Positions 26,986 through 38,635 of a stretch of DNA of 64,000 bases are shown one piece after another. The notes under the pieces were generated by a model. It was not told where the DNA came from, ran no database searches, and was given only the letters and a program-made list of their open reading frames with translations. Numbering within the stretch: the first letter of the stretch is position 1; every line of letters starts with the position of its first letter. Source of the stretch: Lepidodermella squamata (Eukaryota > Animalia > Gastrotricha). The DNA lies in the NCBI GenBank assembly GCA_047495785.1, contig JBLDXI010000007.1:1860001-1924000 (forward strand), given 5' to 3'. A program made the position numbers and the translations under genes.

Positions 26986-27939
26986 TACTAACGATACCAG
27001 GAGAAATAAATTCAAGCCTATTAGTGAGAAAATTGAACATAGAAATGTCAAGTTCCATGAAATTATGACTCAGTAGCGGGGGGAATGTAAAATAGTAATT
27101 CTAAATTCCAAGCCGAAAATTGAAGACTAGAGGAAGTCGAAAGTCGCGAACTACATTTTAAAAACGCCGCGCTTACGGGTTGATGGATATACGATTTGAA
27201 GCTAAAAACTGCAAATACTTGGCGCAGAAAATCACGCGAATTTACGAAAGAAGGATCATGTCACATGCTGTGATGACACGTCACACAGGGGCACGATCAT
27301 CGCCGAAAAAGCTGAACAAAAACAAAGAAAACATGCCGGCGCCGCTGCGCCTACAAAAAAACGCGTTGCTTTTTTTAATAGCTGAAATTCAGTTTCATAT
27401 AAAAATTTCTATTAAAACAAGGATTACATGTGGATAAAATTCTTCGTTGAAAATGATTTGAATTTACGCGGGAATACTTTTGTGAGGTCACCCTGTTTTT
27501 TTTGGCTCTTGCATCATGATGCGAAGCTCTCGATGTTTCCTTCATACGTGGCCGCTGATTCATGGCTTTAACTCTTGTCTCTTGTTAATATAGCTGTTTA
27601 CATCTTGTGGTTTTGCTTTGAACTCAATTCATGAAAGGGATGTCTAAGAGGCCGAGAGCGTCCTCCGAGTCGTAAAATTCGGAAATGGTGTTGGTTCAGC
27701 TTTTGGTTCAGCTTGTGAAATTCAGCTTTTTATGCCTTTATGCAGGAACTCGCGTTTGATTTTCGTCACCGCATAAACAATATTTTGAAAATAATTGAGA
27801 CAGCGGACAGCTTTTCACACATGCTCATCAGCTGGTTGCTAATAACTTCTTTATATTTTTCATCGTTTTCTAGCTAGCAAAATGAGTTCAGAGAGTACTG
27901 AATAATTGAAAATGATATGTGAACGCGAACGATTCCGGC

Positions 27940-30900
27940 ATGCGGTCTGATCTACCTTCCTTAGCGTCATTATTGACGCTCCTGCTTTTAATCTGCTCAA
28001 AAACAGCGAGAGCTAACCAGAGTGCCGATTTATCCGTCGTTGCCGTTGATGACTTTCCGTCACCTGCGAGTTCTCTGGTCGGCAATGCTCCTCAAGAACT
28101 TAAGACGACTAATGTAGACAGACATATGGTAATTTCAGCATGGCGTGTGTTTCAGCACTCCTGGTTCACGCATATAATTTCAGGTCGTATTGACGATGGA
28201 TGGCTCGTTACACTGTGTCGGTCAGCGAAGTGGTAGCTTGTTATGGAAAACTACAGAAGAACCTCTGATTAAAGTGCGTTTTGCAGTCAACTGATCAATC
28301 ATTCATCTGTTATTTCTCAATTTCACACTCAGGTTACACAAGACAGCGTGAAAGAGTTCTTGCTCATCCCAAACCCTAAAGACGGCTCTTTATACGCTTA
28401 CGATGGCAACCAATTGTCAAAATACCCTTTTTCTATACCACAACTCGTGGCGTTGTCTCCTTCACGGACTGCGAATGGTCACTTGTACGCCGGCTCAAAG
28501 CGGGATGTTTGGATCGCCATCAGTAACAAATGAAATTTCAGTAAATGACTAGTCTATAGAAAATTATTTCTTTTAGATATGACCAGTGGCGAGAAAGTGG
28601 AGACAGTAACGCTGGATCGTGGTTTCGAGAAAATGTGCCCCGCCAATAATGAACATCCATCGCAAGCAAGTGAAATAGCTTACGTCGGACGAAGTGAGTA
28701 CAATCTGGGCGTTTTCGATTCTAACTCGCGTCAAAAGAAGTGGTTCGGCTCATTTATGGATTATTCATCCCACGCAAATCTCGACGTTCAAGACTACGAT
28801 TTGCGTCATTTAACCACCAGCACAGGAGGAATATTGGCAACAGCTGATGAAACCACGGGCGAACTGCTGTGGTTTAAAGATTTCGGATCTCCGGTGGCGG
28901 GAATTTTTCTATGGGAAGCTGCTGGCTTGCAAAGAGTTCCATTTAATACATTCGTCCCAGACGCCTTAAATCTACTGTTAAACCCTAAAGGGCCGTCCTC
29001 ATTGCTGAAAGATCTCTCCTTTCGTCAACGAACTGCACTATTAGCGCCAAGTATCCAAGCCATTTTGTTTGTCGGCTCTTCAAAATACGGTGCCTATACT
29101 ATGCCTACCCTTGGTCTAATGCAAGATTCCATTAAGTTGTTGGCGAATGACAAACAGCAGCTATTAGCCGGTGGTTCTGTGGAAGTTGCACCTCATCCGA
29201 CTAACATGCCGAAAAGTATCGAAGAAGAGAAAACTGGGTCATATTTACAGGGCTACTACAATATGCCTGATAAAACTGCGCTCGAGTTGATACCAGCTCA
29301 TGGCGATTTATTCAGTTACCCTAGTTTCATTCCTAATGTACCTCGATTGCCCGGGCCAACTGCCGGCGACGATGCGACTCCTGATACTGATCATTTAATG
29401 GGGTTCGCCTTTTATTTATCGTCGCTATTAGTTGCGGTCGTGGTTGCAGTTGGCACTTCTTTCTATTTCACTCGTGGTCGTAAAAAGCCAGTTTCATCAT
29501 CAACCGGGGCTCAAACTACAAAAAGCACTATTTTGGATCATACAGATTCGTCTGGTCGCAAAGTGTACCACGTTGGCAAACTTGAATTCTACCCAGATAC
29601 CATTTTAGGCTATGGATCTGCTGGCACTATTGTTTACGAGGGTAAATTCGATGGTAGAAGAGTTGCTGTCAAGCGACTTGTACCTGAATTATGCGGCCTA
29701 GCCGAGAAAGAAGCGCAACTACTCCGGTTATCTGATAAACATTCTAATGTGATCCGCTATTTTTTGACTGAAACTGACTCGCATTTCTGCTATTTGGCAC
29801 TTGAACTAGCTGCCGGGACACTGGCAGATTACGTTGAAGGGAAATTAACCCAAACCTGCCCATTGCCTCCGTTGACCATCATTGAACAGGCTTTACATGG
29901 GCTGCAACATTTGCATAGTCTTGGAATCGTTCATCGCGATTTGAAGCCAGCTAATGTGTTGATTTCAATGCCTGAAAGTAAGACAAATACGAGAGTTCGG
30001 GCGATGATCAGCGATTTCGGGCTTTGTAAACGGATTTCGCATTCGTCAAGTTGGGTCGCAAAATCATCGACCATGGGCAGAACAATCGGCGGAACTGAGG
30101 GTTGGATCGCCCCAGAGATTTTGCTGCACTGCTTTCCGGCGAATGGCACTGGAGCTGGCGATGGAAATGTTGTTGAAACAAGTAAAATGCCGAACATTAC
30201 GCCGGCTGTTGACATATTTTCAGCCGGTTGCCTGATTTATTACGCAATGACGAGTGGTAAACACCCGTTTGGCGAACCGCTGCGTCGCCAGGTTAACATT
30301 CAATCGGGCAAGGCTGACTTTTTCGAGTTGCAACAGCTCGGGTTTTACCCGGCGAAGGATCTATGCGAATGGATGGTTGTTTTCGACCCGCAGAAGCGAC
30401 CAACTGTACAGGAATGCCTTGTTCACCCTACTTTTTGGCCAAATGGTAAGCTGTAACTTGATATTACTGATTAAATATAAATTCAAAGAATATCATCAAT
30501 TTTCTGATATATCTCGAATTTTTTATTGGTTTATTCATTATTAAGAAGGATTTTCATTTCAACTTATTTTATCGATTTTCTAGGCAAACAGTTGTCTTTC
30601 TTGCTCGACGTTTCTGATCGATTGGAAAAAGTACAACCGGGCGATGGGTGCCCGGCACTGACCAATTTGGAACGCGGCGCCTCTTACATTGTCAACCACG
30701 ACTGGCGGCGGCATGTCGGCGACGAATTGCAAGCTGAACTGCGATCGCACCGCAGTTATCGCGGCAATTCGGTTCGCGATTTGATGCGCGCTATTCGCAA
30801 CAAAAAGCATCATTATCAGGTAATATTTTAAGGAGGATTTTTATTTCTAATTTCGTAATTTTACTATTGTTTGCTAATTTTTTTAATTTCATTTTTGCTA

Positions 30901-31247
30901 AATGGAAAAATCAATTTTTTTTAAAGGAACTGCCTGAGCCGGTAAAACTGGCGCTTGGTGAAATTCCAGACGGGTTTTTGACGTTTTTCACGAACCGCTT
31001 TCCTCGCCTGCTGATCCACGTGTACCGCGCGGCGTCGTGCATCGGCGACGAGCCGCCACTTTCAGGCTACTACTGCAAGCAGGTCAGTCCGAATTCGCCG
31101 CCGAAGCGCACCAACACCCCAGTTGAATCGCTGCGACCGGCCGGAATCGCACCGCGGCCAACCCCAGAAAACACGCCACCGCCTTCTAACTTAATTCAGC
31201 CCCAGCCTACACCAATTGATAAACAGTCCAACAATAGCGAAGAGTAA
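27940..31247 (+). CDS. IRE1: IRE1 ER-stress sensor kinase/endoribonuclease, 6 exons
   Basis: Signal peptide; luminal domain (LTMDGSLH, IPNPKDGSLY, PFSIPQLV..SP); TM helix; kinase (LGYGSAGTIV, VAVKR, HRDLKP, ISDFGLCK, GTEGWIAPE); KEN RNase domain (DVSDRLEK, VRDLMRAIRNKKHHY, FTNRFPRLL). Confidence 0.96.
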
Positions 31248-31901
31248 AATCGTGTAGTATTTTTATTTATATTTTATCGTCCATCAAGAAGTTGAACGCA
31301 GACAGGAAAACATCACCAAAAACATTACTATTTTTTTTATTGAATTGAGTTGACTGACCAAAATCTTTGTTTTCCTAGATCTTGTTGTTTGAGCTGATGA
31401 TGAATACTACACTATATTATGTACAAAATATATTAATTCTCTCTTTCATTGTGAAACGGTTTAACGTAAAGTTAAATTTTTGTTGATACGATTTTGAGTT
31501 CGAGAAAAATCATCATTTAACCATTAAAATATCTGCATTTTCTCCTCGAGACTATCATCAAAAATACCTAATGCGATACTGCTTGTTAACGACTTACGGT
31601 GTGCGTTTATTCTTTCAATTTTTCGGTTTTTTTCGCTCTATGTTATTTTTTGTGGCTCGTTATTCTGCCGAATAGGTGCTGGGCCATCCTTTGTGCTGTT
31701 ATTCCTTGAACGTATAAACTCTCATTATCCAAATCCATAATAATCATGTGTATTATCCGCGTTAATGTAGCATTTCATGGGCTGAGCGAAATATTTTGCA
31801 AAATTGTTAAGGTTGTCACACTCAAAGGACACGTGTTTTTTTGTTCGATATCAATAAAAAAGGAAATTTTTGAATGAAAAACTTCGGAATTTTTATTGTT
31901 T

Positions 31902-32569
31902 TCACACGCTGTAAAAGCTGGGGTCCATGCACGTTTTACTGCCACAGCCGTTGGAGCAGCATAATTGACCTCGAATCGGACAAATGAACTCACAGCTCGG
32001 CACCTCGGGCAGACATTGGCCCGGCGGCAACGGCGGGCACGAGCCACTGACTTGCAGTTTCAGGCGTTGCAAAATTAGCGGTATAGGCTCCGTTGTCGTG
32101 ATGTCCGTGCCGTTGTACGGCACCATTATCGGGTCTTTACACAGCGTGCCACAGCCGTTCGAGCAGCACAGTTGCTGGCGATCCGCGCAGTTGAAGCACA
32201 AGTTAGCGCACGTGCCAACAATGCCAGATGGAACTTCCGGGCACTCGGGTCGCATCAGCGCTGTGGTTGTTTCAATTGAGGAGGACGTCGTAGTTTCAAC
32301 CGGGTCGCAGATGACGCGACGTCCGTTCAGGTAGAACAGGTAATCGCAACCTCCACCGCAGAAATACGGCATGCAAAACGCATTAGGATAGGCTGTTAAA
32401 ACAAAACAATTTTTTAAGGCGGATTTTCATTGCGAAATTTAACACCTTTGCACTTTGCATTTGAACACGGGTCAATACAGCCAGCTGGCCTGACGCACGG
32501 GTCGTCAGCGAGGCAAATTTCGAAGTAGGAAATTGACACTAGTGAAACAACTAGAGCCTGAATAAACAT
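31902..32569 (-). CDS. Secreted cysteine-rich protein with two WAP-like (four-disulfide core) repeats, 2 exons
   Basis: Signal peptide MFIQALVVSLVS; N-terminal Cys module DPC..C.AYPNAFC..YFCGG; Thr-rich linker; two CP...C..C..CCSNGCG..C.DP repeats. Confidence 0.8.
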
Positions 32570-32870
32570 GGCGACTGGGTGTATTTTACATTGAATTAAC
32601 ATCAATTAAGATGGCTGTAATTTGTGTATACATATACACTTGCTATAGTCATAGCGCGTGTTGCTTGAACCTTTTGTTTACTGAGTTTTTTGTTGAGGAG
32701 TTTGCACGTAGAGGGAAGAATATTGTTGCTTATGGCATATAAAAATGCTCTATAAGTCTGATGGTTGCGTGGGTGAATATAAGGCAGCATTCTAGCTCAA
32801 TTAAATTACTTATCACATCATTTTGCTGATTTTATTTAAAAAAATATCACAAATCACAGATTTTGAAAAA

Positions 32871-33488
32871 TTAGGATGATTCATCAAGAATAGTTGACTT
32901 GAATAGTCTCAAATGAACGCGTTCATGTACCACATGGTCGATGAGCTGCCAACCGTAGCTGTTGGAACCTTCCAGATGCGGCAATTTATGAGGCGAAATA
33001 ATGACGAGATATCGCGAGATCATCGCTAGGTTATAGCACAGCAAAACTAACAGCGATTGAGGGCACAAATGCATGGCGTAGCTGCATACGATTAAATCGT
33101 AGCTACGACCCTCGAGAACTCCCAGTGTAGCTATGCCTGAAAAGGTGAATGTCTCAGCCCGCGTGCCGGTTCTATCTAGATAAGCATCGGCTGTAAAAGG
33201 GTCGATTCCTGTCACATCGTCGGTGATTCCAAGAGATTGAAAGGCCAAAGTTGCCTCGCCGCTGCCACAGGCTAGATCAAGTATTTTCAACTTGGTCTTA
33301 ATCAAATCATCTTTCAGCCATTTTCTCTCGTCGAAACAGTATTTTATTGCGTCTGAAATCTTTGCTTCGTGAGGGTTGCGGTAATAACTTCCGGATTTTT
33401 TATAGTACCCCTCAACGCCTTGATCGGTGTAACTTTTCCTGAATCCTCCTCCATCGGTCTTGCTTTGTGCTGTTTGATTTGGTGACAT
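32871..33488 (-). CDS. Intronless class I SAM-dependent methyltransferase of unknown substrate
   Basis: 205-aa ORF with SAM motif I ILDLACGSGE, VTGIDP, YDLIVCSYAMHL, IISPHK and N-terminal GVEGYY..YRNPHE. Confidence 0.85.
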   Translation of the reverse strand: MSPNQTAQSKTDGGGFRKSYTDQGVEGYYKKSGSYYRNPHEAKISDAIKYCFDERKWLKDDLIKTKLKILDLACGSGEATLAFQSLGITDDVTGIDPFTADAYLDRTGTRAETFTFSGIATLGVLEGRSYDLIVCSYAMHLCPQSLLVLLCYNLAMISRYLVIISPHKLPHLEGSNSYGWQLIDHVVHERVHLRLFKSTILDESS

Positions 33489-35017
33489 TTCAAGGTAGAA
33501 AAGGTGTGACTACGAGTGACAAAATCGATGTGTCTATATAATATAAACTAGCTGCCAGTAACTGTTTGTAGCTAGTAAAGCGACAGAGAGGTAAAATAGG
33601 TACCTTGATGGTTATAGCGCTGCAGTAGCGAAAAGCAATAAAAAATATTAAATATTTGATTACATGTGCGTGTTGTTTACGGTGTCGATCAAGTTTTGCA
33701 AGCGTGCGAGGCGTAATCGATAACAAAGATGAGCGTTGTAGCCCTTCTTTGGAAATTTGGCCAGCAGATAAAGCTATAGGAAAATGAGAGAAAAAGGGCG
33801 GCGTGAGCATATATAAATATGTATGTAGCAAGAGTAGTCTTGTTCTTGAGATTTTTCCAGACTGAATCCTCAGCATAAGTTTGACCGACCTATTTCAACG
33901 AGCCAATCAGATATTCCGCACTAATCTTATCACTTGCTTGAAGCGACGTAAAAAGATATTTCCACAAACAAACAAAAATGCATTTTTGTCACATAATACG
34001 TTATATTCTGGTGGAGTGCCAACGATTTTCGGGAATGAAAAACCTCCTTTAACCTGCTCGCTCTATTCAAAAAAAGAAAAGCGAAGATAAAAAATGAATG
34101 GGGTAATAAAAAAATTGACAGTCCTTTTATTGGCGAATCGCAACCTATGCAGCTTTCGAAAAAATCAAGAAGAACGAACCATGATCAAAGAGGAGACTTT
34201 GCGGTTTGATAACTGATGAATACGTGATTGAGGAATCCTTAGATATTTAGAGCAAAAATTAAGGAATCCTTAACGGTGTCGAAGGCAGTCACGAGGGCCC
34301 AATTGATATTGAAAACTTGCACTGAACATAAAATACATGGTTTTGTACATCCTTGGCATCCTTGTATCATAATTCTCTGTTTTGATCTTATATAGGTATT
34401 ACAAAACTTTAGTCAGCTTAGACTGTCTCAATTCATTCACGACCTTTTTGTTGAAACCGGTAGATGATGAAATAAGAGTCAAACACAATGGAACGTAATT
34501 TTTTTTTGCAAAAACGCGCTTCCTTTTGTCAGTTTTAGTCATCGGCATCATAAGCCCAATTCTGGAGAATGTTCTGAATGGTCTTATCAGGTTGTGCAAC
34601 ATCAGACGCTTCAAAAATATCCCACAAATTATTATACCAATCTGCATGGAACTCGGCTAGATAGAAAAAACTCCATTCGATGTTCGAAGAGTCAACTCGC
34701 CTTCAAACGCAAGTACAGTCAAATAGGGATGCTTTATATCTAATCATACATTCTCTTTATTTGGTCATTTGTTCCTTCGAATAAACAATATAAAAGCATT
34801 TACAAAGAAAATGACAGTATTATACAGAAAATGAGAAGGAAAAATGATAAAATAAAACTCTCTCCGCTTTACCCAGCCCGCCGGGCGTGATATTAAATTA
34901 ATTCACGTCAAGCGAAGCGAGTACTTAATCTTGCAATAATAAATTGCCGATGATTACAACTTGAGGTTGATTTTTGATTATAAAGCCGTTAATCTGCCAA
35001 GAAAATCTATGAAAGGT

Positions 35018-36815
35018 TCATAGTCTTCGTTCTGGTTGGAGCATGATGCTACAATGGGGAGTCCTGAACGCTGTGGGCAACCACCTAATGGGCAAATCAG
35101 TTTCGGGGGAAATCGTAAATTTAAAACCGAGGATTAGCTTTGCTAGTGCCATTTTGAGCTCTAGAAGAGCCAACCTCATCCCAATGCAATGCCTGTTACC
35201 ATCTCCAAAAGGAATGAAAGCATTCTGTATCAGGCTTTCCGAGTTTTCTGCAGAAAATCGCTCAGGTATGAATTTATCGACATCAGTCCAGTAGTCAGGG
35301 TCATGATGTACAGCACTAACTGGAATGATAACAGTGACCCCTTTTGGTATAGTTATACCACTGATAACTGTTTCGGAGGTGCACATTCGATCCACCCTGA
35401 AAACAAATTATATTCATCAGAAAAATTAGCCACCAAAGTTTGGCGGTATGTTACCTTAGGACAGGCGTGTAATAGCGCAGCGTCTCATTCACGACCATGT
35501 CGAGATAGGGTACTTCATTCAAGGCATCCATCGTGAATGCCTTGCCATCTTCCGGGAAAGCTTTGCGCAAATCTTGGTAGAGCTTCTCTTGAACATGAGG
35601 ATTCTCGCATAGTGCAAGCAAGGCCATAGTAAGAGTAGTCGCGGTTGTCTCATAGCCAGCAAGGAAGAACAGGACCGATTGTCCGATTATTTCATCTCTC
35701 GTAAGACCATTTCGAAGCCAAACCCCTCCGAGCTCGTCGTATTCAACAAATTCCTTGTTTTTCGGGTCTTTGGGATCTCTTTCGAGCGGTATCACCATAG
35801 ACAGAAAGTCATGACGCTGAGCCGCCACTTCTGGCTGCTTTCGCCTCTCAATTTCCTCTTCAATTACGTCTTGGAAAAGTTTGAAAAGTTTAGCAACCAT
35901 TGACCAGATCGGAAGCATTTTCAACAACGCTTCCGTGAACCCAGGGAAGAGGACTATCAAAATTAATGTATTACCTCTAGCAATTAAGCCTAGCATAGGA
36001 AACTATGATTACGTAATGAGGCGATGAATGAGCCTGTTAGCGGAACCACTGAGAACACTTTCTTCGCATTGGTTACAAAGGGGTTTTGCTGGTTGTTGAA
36101 CGAATCAATTTCCAAACCGAATGCCACTGATGCGACTGCATCTAGAGTATAAAACCCGGCGTATCTAATGCGATGTCACGGAAGTTAACCAAGTGCGCAG
36201 AATAAGAAAAGCGCATCTTACTCTTTAGCATCGAATGGCTTCGAAATTAGCGCCTGCTTTTCAATGTTCACATAGAGCTGGTCAACGACCTTTTGTATCA
36301 AAGGCTCCATTCTTCTCATATTCGCAGGGGTAAACGCTGGCGTCAACTGCTGCCTTACATGCTTCCATCGCCGGCCGGTCAGGTTTGTTACCTGAAGGTC
36401 CATTGGTCGATCTCTCGCAGCGAAGAAAACCCTTCGATCAATGAAGTGATCGTGTTCCTTGATCATGACCTGTTTCAGCATATCAGGGTCTGCCATCATA
36501 ATTGCAGGCTGGCGTCCTTCAAAATAGCCGAACACTTTCCCATGCTTTCGTATGAGATCCGTTTCAAGCTCAAACAAGTTGTCTCCCTGCAGGAGGATGA
36601 ATTATTCTATAAGCAGATTAACGGTCTTCAAATACCTTTTCCATCCACAAAGTCCAGCCTCCCGTCCATCCTTTCTGAGGCAGCTCGTTAAGTCCGATCT
36701 CCTTGAAGATGTTCCTGTACTTCCTCACGTATCGGTAAGCTGCTATGAAAGCAAAAATCGCTGTAATCCCTGTTGCGGCTAAAATGCCGCCCCAAGGTAT
36801 TGAGATGATTGCCAT
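35018..36815 (-). CDS. Cytochrome P450, CYP3 clan (CYP3A-like), 5 exons
   Basis: N-terminal anchor, WKHVR (WxxxR), FFLAGYETT (I-helix), ETLR, PERF and heme motif FIPFGDGNRHCIG. Five exons splice in frame via GT-AG introns. Confidence 0.95.
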
Positions 36816-37820
36816 GAGTATTGGTTTTTATTCAAACGCAAATGTATTACAATGCGGTTTATGTGGCAAAAGGAATCCAATATATAGAGCACGATAAATT
36901 GCGGCGGAACTGTTTGCGATTACCTTATCCTGATGAATAACGACTGAACTAATTATTATGATGCAATATTGTCCATACTCCGGTACTTTGTCCATATGTT
37001 TGAGTACGTGATTCACGCCATGGTTTTTTCTGCGCGGGGAAACATTATTTTTATCATTATTGGTACTGCCATAAATAGAAAACCGCTGATTACTTCGTGG
37101 CGATTTGATTAAAAATTGTCCGTTATTAGTAGTAAATGGTGTTTTGATTGTGATTCATTGCGGCACTTTTCAAGATATCAGTCGCTTTCTTACAAACGGT
37201 CTCATTTCCACCGTGTCGTTTGGCCAGCAGTGTGCACTCGAGCTTGGGAATAATAGTGATTATTATTAGTCCCAAGCCCATATATCTATTGAATCAAAGT
37301 GATTTCAGTGAAGTTCATACCTATGCTTAAAATTCAATCAATTTCAGGGGGAAATTATTCGAAATTCCAAGAGACCAAAATTATTCGTATAAATTATAAA
37401 TCGAGCGAGCGAATTCGACAGACAGGGGGAAAGCTTCCCAAAGAAATTTTTTCGGCACGGCGCATTTCATGCACCTTGTTTGCGTTGTAAACGGTTCAAA
37501 TTTCGTTCTTTACGACTGAACATTCTGAAGGGTTTAGCCGAAATTTCGCAAGATATGGTCATTGGATACTGTACAGGAAAATATTGAAAATATACGAGAT
37601 ACAAGAAGCGAGCTTGTTATGCCGTGAAAATCTGAGTTTGATCAAAAAATGTCAAAAAAATGTGAACTTGAAATTTCTTTACAGGGTGGCCGAAAAATTC
37701 CGCAGAAGGCGCGTCAATGAGGATCTTTAAGAAGTTGAAGAATTTCAAGCATTCTTTTGCCAATGGAACTCCTCAATTTCTTAAAACTCCTGTACAAGAA
37801 GTCACCGTTTTCTGTCAGTA

Positions 37821-38635
37821 CCGTAAGCTGGTCTAATTTCATCGGACGGGGTAATTTCGGACACTTATGACTTTGAAATTAAATTTCTCCTCAACCCGGG
37901 CAAATTAGAGTCCGTTCAAATGCAGAAGATAGTCCTGAGTCTTGTCTTTCAAATGACACATGAAACATGAAAAACGGATATGGATGCGAAGAATGGCCCA
38001 ATTTCTTCGCAGGCATGTCCCGCAACCCAAAATTACTAACTTTTCACCAAGTAGGTATTTTTTGGCGGAAAGAAGCGGAAAATATAGAGCGCCATCGATT
38101 TAGTAATGCTGTTATGTTCAAACCGTTTTTAAACGAAAATTTTGATCAGGAAATGCTTTAGAAAACCCATTTTGTCCCGGCTAATTTCGGACAGCTTCAA
38201 ACTACAAAGAATTTAAAAATATGCCAATTGACCGTGACATTTTTTTAAATCCATATCTCAGTGAGAACAGCACCAGCTGCGTTGGGAGCACAATTCACGA
38301 TCGAGGGTTCGAATCCCTCTCATGCATTTTGTTTTTTTTTTTATATATTTTTTTACTTTTAATCTGCTCACAAATTTTATCTCGCTTTAATGTGAACTTT
38401 GGCCCCAATCTAAATATTCACACTGAGCTGTCCGAAATTACCCCAGTTGTGTCCGAAATTAGCCGGATCAGTTTTCCTTCAATACCTGTACAGGGAAAAT
38501 TATTTGTTTACCGGAGTTGATGCTAGACTATGCAGTTTTTCAAGGCGCATCTTTTGACATAAAGCGTGTAAAGAAATTCGTTAACCTCACAAAACGAAGC
38601 CCGAAAAACAAGTCCGAAATTAGACCAGCTTACGG
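37821..38635. mobile_element. Non-autonomous DNA transposon (MITE), Tc1/mariner-pogo superfamily type
   Basis: Perfect 20-bp terminal inverted repeats (TIRs) CCGTAAGCTGGTCTAATTTC ... GAAATTAGACCAGCTTACGG, TA on both sides, and internal copies of TAATTTCGGAC/GTCCGAAATTA in both orientations. No transposase ORF. Confidence 0.88.
38251..38342 (+). pseudogene. Degenerate tRNA-like sequence inside the MITE
   Basis: Perfect T-arm GAGGG-TTCGAAT-CCCTC (38303-38319), A-box-like TCTCAGTGAG upstream and a T-run downstream. The acceptor and anticodon stems do not form. Confidence 0.45.
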
